Positions 1 to 10,184 of a stretch of DNA of 64,000 bases are shown piece after piece. The notes below the pieces were generated by a model that ran no database searches, had not been told where the DNA came from, and saw only the letters and a program-made list of their open reading frames with translations. Every line of letters starts with the position of its first letter. The first letter of the stretch is position 1. Origin of the DNA: an uncultured candidate division Zixibacteria bacterium (lineage in GTDB: Bacteria > Zixibacteria > MSB-5A5 > RBG-16-43-9); the NCBI GenBank assembly GCA_963713865.1, contig OY970208.1, positions 384,001-448,000 of the forward strand, read 5' to 3'. The position numbers were made by a program, and so were the translations under genes.

Positions 1-96
1 GAAAAGTATCCAAAGTGTTGAAGTAAGATGATTAGAGAGGGATCTTGCTATTATTACTTGATTGAAGAAAAGATAAAATAAAAGAAAAGGAAAAAT

Positions 97-393
97 ATGC
101 TTTCTCACATACCGATAAATCTTGGGAAGATAAAAAAACAAAGCCTAGACGAACAAATACTTAGGGTGGGCATAATTGCTGAATTAGACGCCATAAATCT
201 CTATCAACAGTTAGCAGATATGACTGAGAACAGAGATATTAAGCAGGTCCTCTTGGACATAGCCAAAGAAGAAAAGACCCATGTGGGTGAATTCCAGGCG
301 TTTTTGCTGAAACAAGATGGGCAGCAAAAGAAGGAATTGGAACGAGGAAAAGAAGAGGTCGAAGAGCTAACTAAAGAAAGGAGGTCAACATAA
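97..393 (+). CDS. Small ferritin-like / rubrerythrin-family protein (encapsulated-ferritin-like)
   Basis: AELDAINLY and DIAKEEKTHVGEF di-iron ExxH-type motifs. Confidence 0.85.
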   Translation: MLSHIPINLGKIKKQSLDEQILRVGIIAELDAINLYQQLADMTENRDIKQVLLDIAKEEKTHVGEFQAFLLKQDGQQKKELERGKEEVEELTKERRST

Positions 394-528
394 CATAACT
401 TAAAGATGTTTATGTTAAACCTGCACACGGGTCATTTGTACCCGCAGCGGGTTCTGCTATCCCGACCGTGGGGATAGCACCATCATGGCGGTTAACAAAA
501 TGTCAATACGTGATTGTAAGGAGTTGAA

Positions 529-975
529 ATGGATTCAAAGACGAAGATTGGAATAGTTGTCTGCGATCGCTATCGCCGCTGTGCGGGCGGGAAGTGCCTC
601 AGAGCGATGAGAAACAGGGAAGGGGCTTTCAGCATATACGCAGACAAAGATGTGGAGTTGGTTGGTTTTACGACTTGCGATGGCTGTCCTGGTGGCAACA
701 TAGAATATGCAGGCGAAGAGATGGTGAAGAATGGCGCAGAGGTTATTCATTTAGCTACCGGCATGGTCGTGGGTTATCCTCCCTGTCCCTATATCGCTAC
801 ATTCAGAGCCTTTCTTGAAAAACGCTATGGGGTCAAGGTCGTTGTAGGCACACACCCTATACCGAGAAAGTATCTTGATATGCACACTTATCTTGGGACT
901 TGGGAGAACTCCATTTGGAAGTCACTCATCGCTCCGACCATGGCTGATGAAATGACCCGTGCAAGTTACGATTAA
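529..975 (+). CDS. CGGC-domain metal-binding protein
   Basis: IGIVVC..C.GGKC, TCDGCPG, PPCP, VVVGTH motifs; GGAG RBS. Confidence 0.85.
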   Translation: MDSKTKIGIVVCDRYRRCAGGKCLRAMRNREGAFSIYADKDVELVGFTTCDGCPGGNIEYAGEEMVKNGAEVIHLATGMVVGYPPCPYIATFRAFLEKRYGVKVVVGTHPIPRKYLDMHTYLGTWENSIWKSLIAPTMADEMTRASYD

Positions 976-988
976 GAAAAGCCACTCA

Positions 989-1087
989 TTGGATATAGCA
1001 AAAGAAGGAAAGATCAATGTGGGGGGATTCCAAGCGCTCTTGCTGGAACAGAATGAAGAACAAAAAAGAGAGTTAGAAGAAGGTTGA
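989..1087 (+). pseudogene. Degenerate fragment of the ferritin-like gene C-terminus
   Basis: Translates LDIAKEGKINVGGFQALLLEQNEEQKRELEEG* versus LDIAKEEKTHVGEFQAFLLKQDGQQKKELERG in 97..393. Confidence 0.8.
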
Positions 1088-1147
1088 AAAGGAGGAGTTG
1101 GAAAAAAGGATAAAAGAATTAGAGGATCAATTTAAATTAAAGGAAAG

Positions 1148-1543
1148 ATGATCATGAAAATAGCCATCGCATCAGATGATGAAAGAACTATATCTTCCCA
1201 TTTTGGGCAGACAAGGGGATTTGTGGTTTTTGAAGTGGAAGGTAAGGAAGTGAAAAGTCGAGAATACCGCCCTAACACTTTCACCGGACATGCTAGAGGG
1301 TTGGAGGGCGCTGGTCACGAGATTGACCGACACGGACCAATTCTTTCTGCTCTTTCGGACTGTAAAACGGTGATTTCACATGGCATGGGCAGAAGGATTT
1401 ACGATGATTTGAAAAGAGCGGGAATTGAAGCTTTTGTTACGGATGAGACGGAAGTCCAGAAAGCCCTTGATTTATACATTAACGGTACGCTGGTTGACCG
1501 ACCTGAACGGGGTTGTTCACATAAGCACGAGCTAAGTGAATAA
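1148..1543 (+). CDS. NifB/NifX-family (dinitrogenase FeMo-cofactor binding-like) protein
   Basis: MKIAIASDD..ISSHFG, C..VIS.GMG motifs. Confidence 0.85.
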   Translation: MIMKIAIASDDERTISSHFGQTRGFVVFEVEGKEVKSREYRPNTFTGHARGLEGAGHEIDRHGPILSALSDCKTVISHGMGRRIYDDLKRAGIEAFVTDETEVQKALDLYINGTLVDRPERGCSHKHELSE

Positions 1544-1552
1544 TGACGGCAC

Positions 1553-1633
1553 TTTCATCTGATAGTATGTTTGCGGTTCGCTAACGCCCACCCAAATTGC
1601 TTCGCAACTTCGCAAACACGCAGAACGTTATAT
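1553..1633 (+). mobile_element. attC-like integron cassette recombination site (R'' decayed)
   Basis: Stem TGTTTGCG(1568)/CGCAAACA(1611), core GTTATAT at 1627, degenerate inverse core TTCATCTGAT; starts about 10 bp after a stop codon. Confidence 0.65.
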
Positions 1634-1686
1634 GAAATTCCGTACCCCGTAAAAAAATAACTAAAAGAATTTTAATAAAATAAGGT

Positions 1687-1980
1687 ATGACAATGAAGGG
1701 TGCTATTAAATCAGAATTTAAAGTAGCTTTCTCGAAAAAAGCACAGCCAATATGGTTTAGAATCACAAAGTGGGCAGTGTTTATTGGCGTTGCTTGTTTA
1801 TTATATAGAACCAAGTTGTTTTTGATATGGGTGATTGGGGTACCTATTATAGGTGTGACAGTGCACTTTATATATAGATGGAAAACCAAAGGTTGGACGA
1901 AGTCTTGGAGAGGATGGAATAGCAAAACTGGAGAATGGAAACCCATAATATGGGGTTCTGATAGAAAAAGGACTAATTAA
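1687..1980 (+). CDS. Small 2-TM hypothetical cassette protein
   Basis: Two hydrophobic helices, Trp-rich tail; lies between two attC-like sites. Confidence 0.7.
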   Translation: MTMKGAIKSEFKVAFSKKAQPIWFRITKWAVFIGVACLLYRTKLFLIWVIGVPIIGVTVHFIYRWKTKGWTKSWRGWNSKTGEWKPIIWGSDRKRTN

Positions 1981-2028
1981 TTGCGAGGTTCGGAATTCTG
2001 CGGTTGCTTCGCAACCTTGCCCTTCGGG

Positions 2029-2110
2029 TCATATAACAGCTAATAAAAGGCTTCGCTATGCTTTATCCAAATTGCTTTCGGCGACTTCTTTTATCCACAA
2101 GACATTGTGC
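2029..2110 (+). mobile_element. attC-like site (core decayed to ATTGTGC)
   Basis: TCATATAAC (2029-2037) is the exact complement of GTTATATGA (1627-1635); ATAAAAG/CTTTTAT stem; shares CTTCGCTA..CCAAATTGCTT with the 1553 site. Confidence 0.65.
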
Positions 2111-2148
2111 GAAATTGTTTTTGATAAATCAATTAGGAGGATACAAAA

Positions 2149-3120
2149 ACGAGTGAAGATATAGTAATCCGGACATCGGATTTAACCAAATCCTACGGTG
2201 AGATTCTTGCCGCTGATCATATCAACTTTGAGATTGAGAAAGGCGAGATTTTCGGATTTCTTGGTCCAAATGGTGCGGGGAAAACCACGACTATAAGGAT
2301 GCTTACCGGTCTTTCCAAACCCACAGATGGAAAAGCATCTGTTTTAGGTTTCGACGTCGACACAGAAATCGTAGAGGCAAAGAAGCATATCGGGGTCGTC
2401 CCAGAAATCTCGAACCTCTATGATGAATTGTCCGCTCTTGACAACCTGTTCTTCATGGCACAACTCTACGGTGTTCCACGAACTCAGCGCAGAAAAAGAG
2501 CAGATGAATTGCTTAAAATCTTCGGGCTTTATGAGAGGAAAGACAGCCATTTTCGCACATTCTCCCGTGGCATGAAGCGGGCTTTGACAATTGCCGCAGC
2601 TTTGATTCACAACCCTGAGATTCTCTTTTTGGATGAGCCTACGGTCGGCTTAGATGTGGTGGCTGCCCGCTCTTTGCGCAATCTGATCGGCAACCTTCAC
2701 CAGCAGGGAATAACCGTCTTCCTCACGACTCACTATTTAGAGGAAGCGGACCTTTTATGTGACCGCATTGCCATTCTGGTTAAGGGACGAATAGTAAAAA
2801 TCGATACGCCTGAAGTTCTGAAAGCTGTTGCCAAGGAAGAATCAGTAATCGAGGTCTCCTTTAATGGGAAGGTATCTGAGTTGATTGAAGACCTATCCAA
2901 TAGACTCCCCGAAGTAAAAATTGTAGCAGTAGATAACAATAAGGCGCGAATTTACGGCGGTATTTCCAACAAGATATATGACTGCGTGTTTATCCTTGCT
3001 AAGGACAAAAATATGGAAATACAATTGATAAACAGTATTAAACCAAGTCTTGAGGATGCATTTCTTAAGATTACGGGATTAAGTCCTATGGTTATGGCAA
3101 TCGAGAAGGGGGGAAAGTAA
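2149..3120 (+). CDS. ABC-2/DrrA-type ATP-binding protein; apparent start codon is ACG at 2149
   Basis: Frame is open upstream of the called ORF and contains Walker A GPNGAGKT; FSRGM signature, LDEPT Walker B; AGGAGG at 2135-2140. Confidence 0.85.
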   Translation, partial: TSEDIVIRTSDLTKSYGEILAADHINFEIEKGEIFGFLGPNGAGKTTTIRMLTGLSKPTDGKASVLGFDVDTEIVEAKKHIGVVPEISNLYDELSALDNLFFMAQLYGVPRTQRRKRADELLKIFGLYERKDSHFRTFSRGMKRALTIAAALIHNPEILFLDEPTVGLDVVAARSLRNLIGNLHQQGITVFLTTHYLEEADLLCDRIAILVKGRIVKIDTPEVLKAVAKEESVIEVSFNGKVSELIEDLSNRLPEVKIVAVDNNKARIYGGISNKIYDCVFILAKDKNMEIQLINSIKPSLEDAFLKITGLSPMVMAIEKGGK

Positions 3121-3121
3121 A

Positions 3122-3850
3122 ATGTGGCGTGATAACTTGCGGTGCATTTATTATATCGCCTTAAAAGATATGAGGACATATTACCTTAAGCCCCCCTCAG
3201 TTAGTTGGGGGATTGTTTTCCCTGTTGCCTGGATTTTGGCCTTCTATCTGAGAAATCCACGCAGTTTTGAAGAATTAGTTCCTGGTCTTATTGCGATGAC
3301 CATCCTGTTCAGCACTACCGCAGCGGAAGCGGTAGTTATCAATTTTGAGCTTCGGCTCGGCTCTCTGGAAAGGTTACTCTTAGCCCCGGTTAGTTTACCC
3401 GCAGTGCTTCTGGGGAAGGTGCTGGGAGGAGCGATTTTCGGGCTTATGATGACAACGGTAATGACCATCGGGTCAGTGCTTATTATAGGACTCCATCTTA
3501 ATCTGCTTTACCTTGTCTTGATCATCATCCCCTCTCTTCTGGTCTTCTCATCCCTCGGTGCCCTTTTATGTGTTTTGGTAAAAGAGGTGTTCGAAGCTCA
3601 AACCCTGCTCAATTTACCGCGATTCTTAATGATATTCCTGAGTGGCGTCGTCTATCCTGTCTCAGCTATGCCTGTGGTATTACAATATCTCGCTTATGTA
3701 TTGCCACTCACCTACACTGTTAGAGGACTGCGTGACTCTTTTTCAGTCAGTTCGGGCATAACAGTTTTTACAGATACTTTAGTGCTTACGGTATTTTTCC
3801 TCCTCTTTATTTTTCCAGCAATAAAGTTGCTTCGCAAAAAATTTCAATAA
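3122..3850 (+). CDS. ABC-2 type permease
   Basis: 6 TM, GSLERLLLAP and FLSGVVYP motifs. Confidence 0.9.
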   Translation: MWRDNLRCIYYIALKDMRTYYLKPPSVSWGIVFPVAWILAFYLRNPRSFEELVPGLIAMTILFSTTAAEAVVINFELRLGSLERLLLAPVSLPAVLLGKVLGGAIFGLMMTTVMTIGSVLIIGLHLNLLYLVLIIIPSLLVFSSLGALLCVLVKEVFEAQTLLNLPRFLMIFLSGVVYPVSAMPVVLQYLAYVLPLTYTVRGLRDSFSVSSGITVFTDTLVLTVFFLLFIFPAIKLLRKKFQ

Positions 3851-3866
3851 GCAGGAGAGAAAGCCC

Positions 3867-4496
3867 ATGCCAAAAATTGAGTCATTTGAGAGGTATGCGA
3901 ATAAATATGAAGACTGGTTTGAGAATAACAAATTTGCTTATGAATCGGAACTTCAGGCCATAAAGGAACAATTGCCTGAGAATGGAGAAGGTATTGAAAT
4001 TGGCGTAGGCAGTGGTCGATTTGCAGCACCGTTGGGTATTAAAGTCGGGGTTGAGCCATCAGGTAAGATGAGGGAGATTGCTCGAAAGAGGGGGATTGAG
4101 GTTATCGATGGTGTAGCTGAAGAACTTCCTTTTGATGCTTTGAAGTTTGATTTTGCATTAATGGTTACTCTGATCTGCTTTTTAGACAACATAGAAGCTG
4201 CGTTTAAGGAGGCATATCGAATATTGAAGCCGGGTGGATATTTGATAATTGGATTGATAAATAAAAACAGTCTAGTTGGAAAACTGTATCAACAGCATAA
4301 AAAGAATAATGTGTTTTATAAAATTGCTACTTTTTATTCAGTGGATGAAGTCCTTTGTTACTTGAAAAAAGTCGGCTTCAAAGATTTTAATCTTACTCAA
4401 ACAATTTTCCATGATTTAGAAGAAATAAAAGATGTCGAGCCACCAAAAGAGGGTTATGGTGAAGGTTCGTTCGTGGTGGTCAAGGCAACGAAATAA
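3867..4496 (+). CDS. Class I SAM-dependent methyltransferase
   Basis: IEIGVGSGRF, AEELPF, RILKPGG motifs. Confidence 0.9.
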   Translation: MPKIESFERYANKYEDWFENNKFAYESELQAIKEQLPENGEGIEIGVGSGRFAAPLGIKVGVEPSGKMREIARKRGIEVIDGVAEELPFDALKFDFALMVTLICFLDNIEAAFKEAYRILKPGGYLIIGLINKNSLVGKLYQQHKKNNVFYKIATFYSVDEVLCYLKKVGFKDFNLTQTIFHDLEEIKDVEPPKEGYGEGSFVVVKATK

Positions 4497-4512
4497 TATA
4501 TCAAAGTGCGGA

Positions 4513-4609
4513 GCCTTAAAGCGTGTTTGCGGTTCGCGGAGTTTATCCCCCTGAAAGCGGGGCTTACCCAAATTCTTTCTGCACTTTGCAGACTCGCAAG
4601 ATGTTAAAT
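4513..4609 (+). mobile_element. attC-like site (decayed, same family as the 1553 site)
   Basis: GTGTTTGCGGTTCGC...ACCCAAATT...TTGCAGACTCGC then GTTAAAT (GTTRRRY) at 4603; clear similarity to 1568-1633. Confidence 0.6.
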
Positions 4610-4635
4610 AAAATTACCGAGGTTTGAACTTAAAG

Positions 4636-6360
4636 ATGAAAAAAATCCTTTTGATGGGTAACCCCAATGTGGGCAAAAGCGTGGTCTTCTCCCGGCTCAC
4701 CGGAATCAATGTAATTACCTCCAACTATCCGGGCACGACTGTGGAGTTTACTAAAGGACACATCAAATTGGGAAATGAGGTCATAGAAATCATAGATGTG
4801 CCCGGAACTTACACCCTTGAACCCAGCTCTTCGGCTGAAGAGGTGGCATTAAAGATTTTGAATCGGTCAGTGGAGGATAAGGACTGTATAGTGATAGATA
4901 TAGTTGATGCGACCAATTTAGAGCGGAATTTGAATCTTACCCTCCAACTGCTAAAAAAGGATATTCCGGTAATTGTTGCCCTAAATATATGGGATGAGGC
5001 AGGACACATCGGCGTTTCCATTGACGTAGAAAAACTACAGGAAATTCTTGGGGTCCCGGTTGTCCCAACCGTAGCCATAACCGGCGAAGGAATAAAGAAA
5101 CTGGTGGAGACATTACCTGTGGCTAAGAAAGGGGATTACCAATTTGAAAATGCTGAGAGATGGCACGAAATCGGTAGAATTGTGGAGAGAGTTCAGATTG
5201 TAAAACACCGGCATCATACATTCTTAGAGCGGATGGGGGATTTTACGGTAAGACCCTTTTCCGGAATCCCCACCGCAATTATTATTTTACTTCTGACATT
5301 TAAAATAGTGAGGTCTATTGGGGAAGGATTGATAAATCATCTTTTAGATCCTCTTTTTAAAAATCTTTACCTTCCGCTGATAACCAGCGCCATTGACAAC
5401 CTACTGCCAATCCAATTTTTTCATGATTTACTTTTAGGAACAACCCCGGATCCGCTGGGCTCATTTGGAGTCTTATCTGCAGGGGTCTATATCCCTTTTG
5501 TGGTGGTGTTGCCATATCTTTTCTCCTTCTACCTGGTTCTGAGTTTCTTAGAGGACCTGGGTTATCTGCCCCGGCTGGCAGTGCTTCTGGATAATCTTTT
5601 CCATCGTTTGGGCCTGCATGGTTATTCCTCGATTCCGGTAATCCTGGGACTTGGCTGTAAAGTTCCGGCTATACTCTCCACCAGAATCTTAGAGACCAGA
5701 AGGGAAAAGCTCATCGCCATTGCACTGATAATGATGAGCGCTCCCTGTTTGCCCCAGACCGCGATGATCTTAAGCATAATGGCCCCCTTTGGAAGCAGTT
5801 ATCTTTTTTTGATCTTCGGACTGCTTCTCCTGGTCTCCATTATCACCAGTATCATTTTAAACAAATTGCTCAAGGGTGAGACCCCGGAATTGCTCTGCGA
5901 GATTCCGCCATATCGCATCCCCAAGCTCTCTCTTCTAATGAGAAAGGTCTGGCTTCGCCTGAGTTCATTTGTTAAGGAAGCTGTCCCTCTTATTGTCCTG
6001 GGGATATTGTTCATTGCAATTTTAGATTTATCAGGTGCGATCGGATTTGCCAGCAAGATTCTGGGTGCGCCTATCTTGTATATATTGGGCCTTCCTCCGG
6101 AAACTGTCCTGGTGATGATAAGCGGATTTCTCCGCAAGGATGTCTCCATTGCTTTACTTACCCCTTTTAATCTGTCGCCTCAACAGCTTATTATCGCCTG
6201 CATATTTTTAGTCCTCTACCTCCCCTGCATTGCCACCTTTTTCGTTATGGTTAAGGAATTAGGCTTAAAAGATGGCGTGAAGCTGATAGCGATCTTGTTT
6301 TTCTCCGGTCTTTTAGTGGGTGGGATTCTTAATCTTTTCTTTAAAACCTTCGGAGCCTGA
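4636..6360 (+). CDS. feoB: Ferrous iron transporter FeoB
   Basis: GNPNVGKS, NYPGTTVE, DVPGTY GTPase motifs; gate motifs GLGCKVPA and LYLPCIAT. Confidence 0.92.
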   Translation: MKKILLMGNPNVGKSVVFSRLTGINVITSNYPGTTVEFTKGHIKLGNEVIEIIDVPGTYTLEPSSSAEEVALKILNRSVEDKDCIVIDIVDATNLERNLNLTLQLLKKDIPVIVALNIWDEAGHIGVSIDVEKLQEILGVPVVPTVAITGEGIKKLVETLPVAKKGDYQFENAERWHEIGRIVERVQIVKHRHHTFLERMGDFTVRPFSGIPTAIIILLLTFKIVRSIGEGLINHLLDPLFKNLYLPLITSAIDNLLPIQFFHDLLLGTTPDPLGSFGVLSAGVYIPFVVVLPYLFSFYLVLSFLEDLGYLPRLAVLLDNLFHRLGLHGYSSIPVILGLGCKVPAILSTRILETRREKLIAIALIMMSAPCLPQTAMILSIMAPFGSSYLFLIFGLLLLVSIITSIILNKLLKGETPELLCEIPPYRIPKLSLLMRKVWLRLSSFVKEAVPLIVLGILFIAILDLSGAIGFASKILGAPILYILGLPPETVLVMISGFLRKDVSIALLTPFNLSPQQLIIACIFLVLYLPCIATFFVMVKELGLKDGVKLIAILFFSGLLVGGILNLFFKTFGA

Positions 6361-6474
6361 GCGGTTAGCCAAGATTCCAGTCTGAGCCTTTTATTCTGAT
6401 ACCAATCGCAAGCTGAAGTCCGGGAAACGGAGACTACGTTTGGTGTAACCAGTGCAGGATTTGCAGCGACTCAA

Positions 6475-7713
6475 CTACTTATCCCTGAGTTTAGTTGAGA
6501 TGAAAATCCCACCAAAAGAGACGAGAAGCGTTAGGATATATAAGAATCTAAAAGAGGTGAGCTGTATTATTATTCCACCTACCGCAGATAAAAATATTGA
6601 GGGAGCAGTAAAGGTATGCAGAAATCCAACGTAAATAGGTCTTTCTGCCTCAGGTGAAATTTCCAGAAGATAGTTCATATAACCAATGCTCAAGCCAGAA
6701 GTTATTGTCCCCAAGAAGAAAAATATGGAGGAGTAAAGGAATATCGGAAGATAGAAAAAGTGATAGGCGAGAAGTATTAATGGAGGGAAAGAAGATATAA
6801 TTGCAGTTATCAGTAAGACCTCTTTATTCTTTCCCCGATTACTCAGATAACCCCAGAAAATATTAGATAACACAAATCCAACCATTTGAGAGGTTAAAAA
6901 TATTCCTACTGTCTGGGGTGGGATTTTCAAAAATCTCTCGGCATAGATCACATAAAAGGGCAACCCTAAAACATAAGCCCCGATTATTAACTGTACAATG
7001 TAGAACAGCCTGAACTCCCGGTCATGTTTGAAGATCTTCAGTCCCTGATACAGATTTTCTCTCAAGCTTCTTTTGGTTTTGATTTCAGTCAGGGGAGGCT
7101 CCTTCACCCAGGAAAAGCTGATCAAACCTAGTAAAATGAAAAAAAAGGCTAAGGCAAAGATTATCCCGAAATTAATCGGGAATTGATAATTCCCTAAGAT
7201 TTTTTCTACCAGAATACCCGCCAGTACAGCCAATGTTCCACCAAAGAACATCCTCATTCCAAAAAAACTACCTCTTTTATTGAAAGGAATGGTCTTTCCC
7301 ACGATATCCATAAAGGCAACTCCTGAAATACCCCCGGAAAGTGAGTATACCGCGAAGAATAAAAAGAAAAAGATTAAAAGGAGCTGAGGATTTCTCTCCC
7401 CTAAAAAGAAAACTGATAGAACTAAAAGGAAAAAAGAGATAATCCGGATATAGGCAGTTTTGATATAAAGTGGAAGCTGGTTTTTCTGATAGAGGGTCAT
7501 TCCCGCCACAAAAAGCTGGGGGGAAAGCCAGCCAATGGTTTCCAGTGTGGAGGAAAGACCAATCAGTATATTGGAATCGGTAAGCTGACTGATAAATAAT
7601 GGAAGTATGGTTGACCCGCTGATAAAAGCAAGGACCAGGTTAAAGAAAACCCCATTTATAACCCCTAAGCTGAAGTTCCGTTTGAAATATCTTTCCTGCA
7701 GACCAGATTCCAT
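6475..7713 (-). CDS. MFS transporter
   Basis: About 12 TM helices, 412 aa. Confidence 0.8.
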   Translation of the reverse strand: MESGLQERYFKRNFSLGVINGVFFNLVLAFISGSTILPLFISQLTDSNILIGLSSTLETIGWLSPQLFVAGMTLYQKNQLPLYIKTAYIRIISFFLLVLSVFFLGERNPQLLLIFFFLFFAVYSLSGGISGVAFMDIVGKTIPFNKRGSFFGMRMFFGGTLAVLAGILVEKILGNYQFPINFGIIFALAFFFILLGLISFSWVKEPPLTEIKTKRSLRENLYQGLKIFKHDREFRLFYIVQLIIGAYVLGLPFYVIYAERFLKIPPQTVGIFLTSQMVGFVLSNIFWGYLSNRGKNKEVLLITAIISSFPPLILLAYHFFYLPIFLYSSIFFFLGTITSGLSIGYMNYLLEISPEAERPIYVGFLHTFTAPSIFLSAVGGIIIQLTSFRFLYILTLLVSFGGIFISTKLRDK

Positions 7714-7982
7714 AGGGTGAAATGATATATTTGAGAATCTTTATTGTCAAGGATTAGCTTGATTGAATGACAGATTATAAATTGAAGATGAAAGGTGAAG
7801 AACTCATAGCGCTCGACCTTTGTGTCGTTCGTTTATTTTTTGTCAATTGTAGTTTTGGGTCTTGTGCCCAGCTAATTCCCTCTCCCCTATTGGGAGAGGT
7901 GGTATATTAGATAACAAACTTTAAATTTGACTTTGATTTTTAAGCTACTATATTAGCTGCAAAAGGAAAGGGAAGGAAAAAT

Positions 7983-8786
7983 ATGTCGATATTCGAAGAC
8001 CTGGCAATTGGACAATATCAACCCGTGGACTCTGCAATCCACAGGTTGGATCCCAGAATTAAATTATTTTTAGTTCTGATAATGGTCTTATTCGTTGCGG
8101 TAACGGTGAATTTTATACTATATATGGTTTGGTTGGCTTTTATTTCAGGATTATTCTTTATCTCTAAAATCCCTCCCTCCTCTATTTTGAAAAGCTTAAA
8201 GTCTTTCATTTTCTTTTTCATCTTTATCTTTTTGCTCCAGGTCTTCTTATCCTCGGAGAGTTTTGGAACTTATTTTTACTTTGGCTATTTCCAGATCGGA
8301 TTTGAGGGAATAGTCAATGGATTTATCTACACCTTGAGACTTCTCCTCTTTATTCTTGGAGCAACTTTTTTAAGCCTGACCACCTCTCCGATGGAGATCT
8401 TAGATGGGATTCTAAAATTTTTTGGTCCGTTGAAAAAATTGAAATTGCCGGTGGAGGAGTTCTCTTTAATGAGCCTTATCTCCATTAGATTTATCCCCCT
8501 CCTTTTGGATGAGGGCATAAACTTGAAAAAAGCCCAGATGGCACGGGGTGCAGATTTCGAAGGTGGTCTTGTCCAGAGGATCAAAAAAGCTTTCCCCCTG
8601 CTTATACCTTTGTTTATCTCTTCCTTCCGTAAGGCAGATGATTTAGCCCTGGCTTTAGAGGCACGGGGTTTTCAAAGCGGGGAAAAACGAAGCTCTTTCA
8701 ACCGGTTAAAATTTAAAAAGGAAGATTTCCTCTTTGCTGGTTTAATAATCCTTTTTTCTTTTCTGTCTTTAATAATTATTATTTAA
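7983..8786 (+). CDS. ecfT: ECF transporter transmembrane component T
   Basis: LDPRIKL, AQMARG and ALEARG motifs. Confidence 0.92.
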   Translation: MSIFEDLAIGQYQPVDSAIHRLDPRIKLFLVLIMVLFVAVTVNFILYMVWLAFISGLFFISKIPPSSILKSLKSFIFFFIFIFLLQVFLSSESFGTYFYFGYFQIGFEGIVNGFIYTLRLLLFILGATFLSLTTSPMEILDGILKFFGPLKKLKLPVEEFSLMSLISIRFIPLLLDEGINLKKAQMARGADFEGGLVQRIKKAFPLLIPLFISSFRKADDLALALEARGFQSGEKRSSFNRLKFKKEDFLFAGLIILFSFLSLIIII

Positions 8787-8787
8787 T

Positions 8788-9522
8788 TTGATGACCAGAA
8801 ATCTCAAGCTGAAAATAGAATATGACGGCACAGATTTTTCCGGCTGGCAGAGACAGCTGGATTTGAGAACGGTGCAGGGAGCAATAGAGGATCAGCTTAA
8901 AAAAATTACTCAGGAAGCGATTACCCTTACCGGTTCAGGCAGAACCGATGTCGGGGTGCATGCTTTGGAGCAGGTGGCAAATTTCAAGACTGAATCTAAA
9001 CTGGGTTTAGATTCAATTTTTAAAGGCCTGAATTCCCTATTGCCAGAGGATATTTTAATAAAAGATATTGAGGAGATGAATTTAGATTTTAACTCCAGAT
9101 ACAAAGCTAAAAGCCGGGTATATAGATACAAAATCTATTTGGGTAAAAACGTTTTCTTGAGAAGATATGCCTGGGAGGTTTCGTATCCATTGGACCTGGA
9201 GAAAATTAATTCGGCCACTCAGATAACTTTAGGGGAGCACGATTTCACCTCCTTCTGCGTCTCAGAGTCTGCCAAAGAGGATAATCGCTGCTATATTATA
9301 AAAGCTTTCTGGGAAAAAGATGAAAATAAACTGGAGTTTGAGATAGAAGCAGACCGGTTCCTGCATACCATGGTCAGGAGTTTAGTGGGAACTTTAATCG
9401 ATTTAGGCAGGGGATATTTCAGTCTGGATGATTTCAAAGAGATCCTTAATGCCAGAGACCATAAAAAAGCGGGCTTGACTGCACCAGCTAAAGGGTTATA
9501 TTTAGTCAAAGTCAACTACTAA
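8788..9522 (+). CDS. truA: tRNA pseudouridine(38-40) synthase
   Basis: [26 protein letters not shown]. Confidence 0.95.
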   Translation: MMTRNLKLKIEYDGTDFSGWQRQLDLRTVQGAIEDQLKKITQEAITLTGSGRTDVGVHALEQVANFKTESKLGLDSIFKGLNSLLPEDILIKDIEEMNLDFNSRYKAKSRVYRYKIYLGKNVFLRRYAWEVSYPLDLEKINSATQITLGEHDFTSFCVSESAKEDNRCYIIKAFWEKDENKLEFEIEADRFLHTMVRSLVGTLIDLGRGYFSLDDFKEILNARDHKKAGLTAPAKGLYLVKVNY

Positions 9523-9533
9523 AAGGAGCGTTT

Positions 9534-10181
9534 ATGAAGATATTTTTGGATACGGCGAACTTCGAGGAGATAAAGGAGGCGGCATCCTGGGGGATTTTAG
9601 ATGGAGTTACCACCAATCCAACTTTGCTTTCCAAGGAGAAGGAAGATTATAAGACACTTCTTAAGAAAATCTGTGAAGTGGTGGATGGTCCTATCAGTGC
9701 GGAGGTGGTAAGTTTAGACCCGGAGGGGATGGTAAAAGAGGCTGAAGAGCTGGTCAAAATAGGAAGAAATATTGTGATAAAAGTCCCTATCTCCAGGGAT
9801 GGATTGAAAGCCATAAGAATGCTTTCAGACAAGGGGATAAAGACCAACTGCACTTTGATATTTGCACCCATCCAGGCGCTTTTGGCTGCCAAAGCAGGAG
9901 CATCTTTTGTCAGCCCTTTTGTTGGAAGATTGGATGATGCCAGTCATATAGGGATGGAGCTGGTCGGGCAGATTGTTAAAATCTTCGATAACTATGTGGT
10001 TGAGACTGAAATCATAGTTGCCAGTATCCGCAATCCGCTTCACGTGGTCGACGCTGCTCTTATGGGCGCGGATATTTCCACAATGCCTTTTAAGATTCTT
10101 CAGCAACTAGTAAAGCATCCTTTAACTGACGTGGGGATTAAGAATTTCTTAGCCGACTGGGAAAAAGTTAAGAAAGGATAA
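9534..10181 (+). CDS. fsa: Fructose-6-phosphate aldolase / transaldolase (MipB/TalC type)
   Basis: FLDTA, GVTTNPT, IVIKVP, SPFVGR. Confidence 0.92.
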   Translation: MKIFLDTANFEEIKEAASWGILDGVTTNPTLLSKEKEDYKTLLKKICEVVDGPISAEVVSLDPEGMVKEAEELVKIGRNIVIKVPISRDGLKAIRMLSDKGIKTNCTLIFAPIQALLAAKAGASFVSPFVGRLDDASHIGMELVGQIVKIFDNYVVETEIIVASIRNPLHVVDAALMGADISTMPFKILQQLVKHPLTDVGIKNFLADWEKVKKG

Positions 10182-10184
10182 AAA

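Noticed and set aside
405-497. Possible fourth attC (TTATGTTAAAC...GTTAACA with a TGCTATCCC hairpin)
   Set aside because: No convincing paired L boxes and no similarity to the other sites; could be a terminator or REP
1085-1087. TGA as selenocysteine in the ferritin fragment
   Set aside because: Aligns to Lys, not Cys; the fragment has no start and has lost its metal ligands
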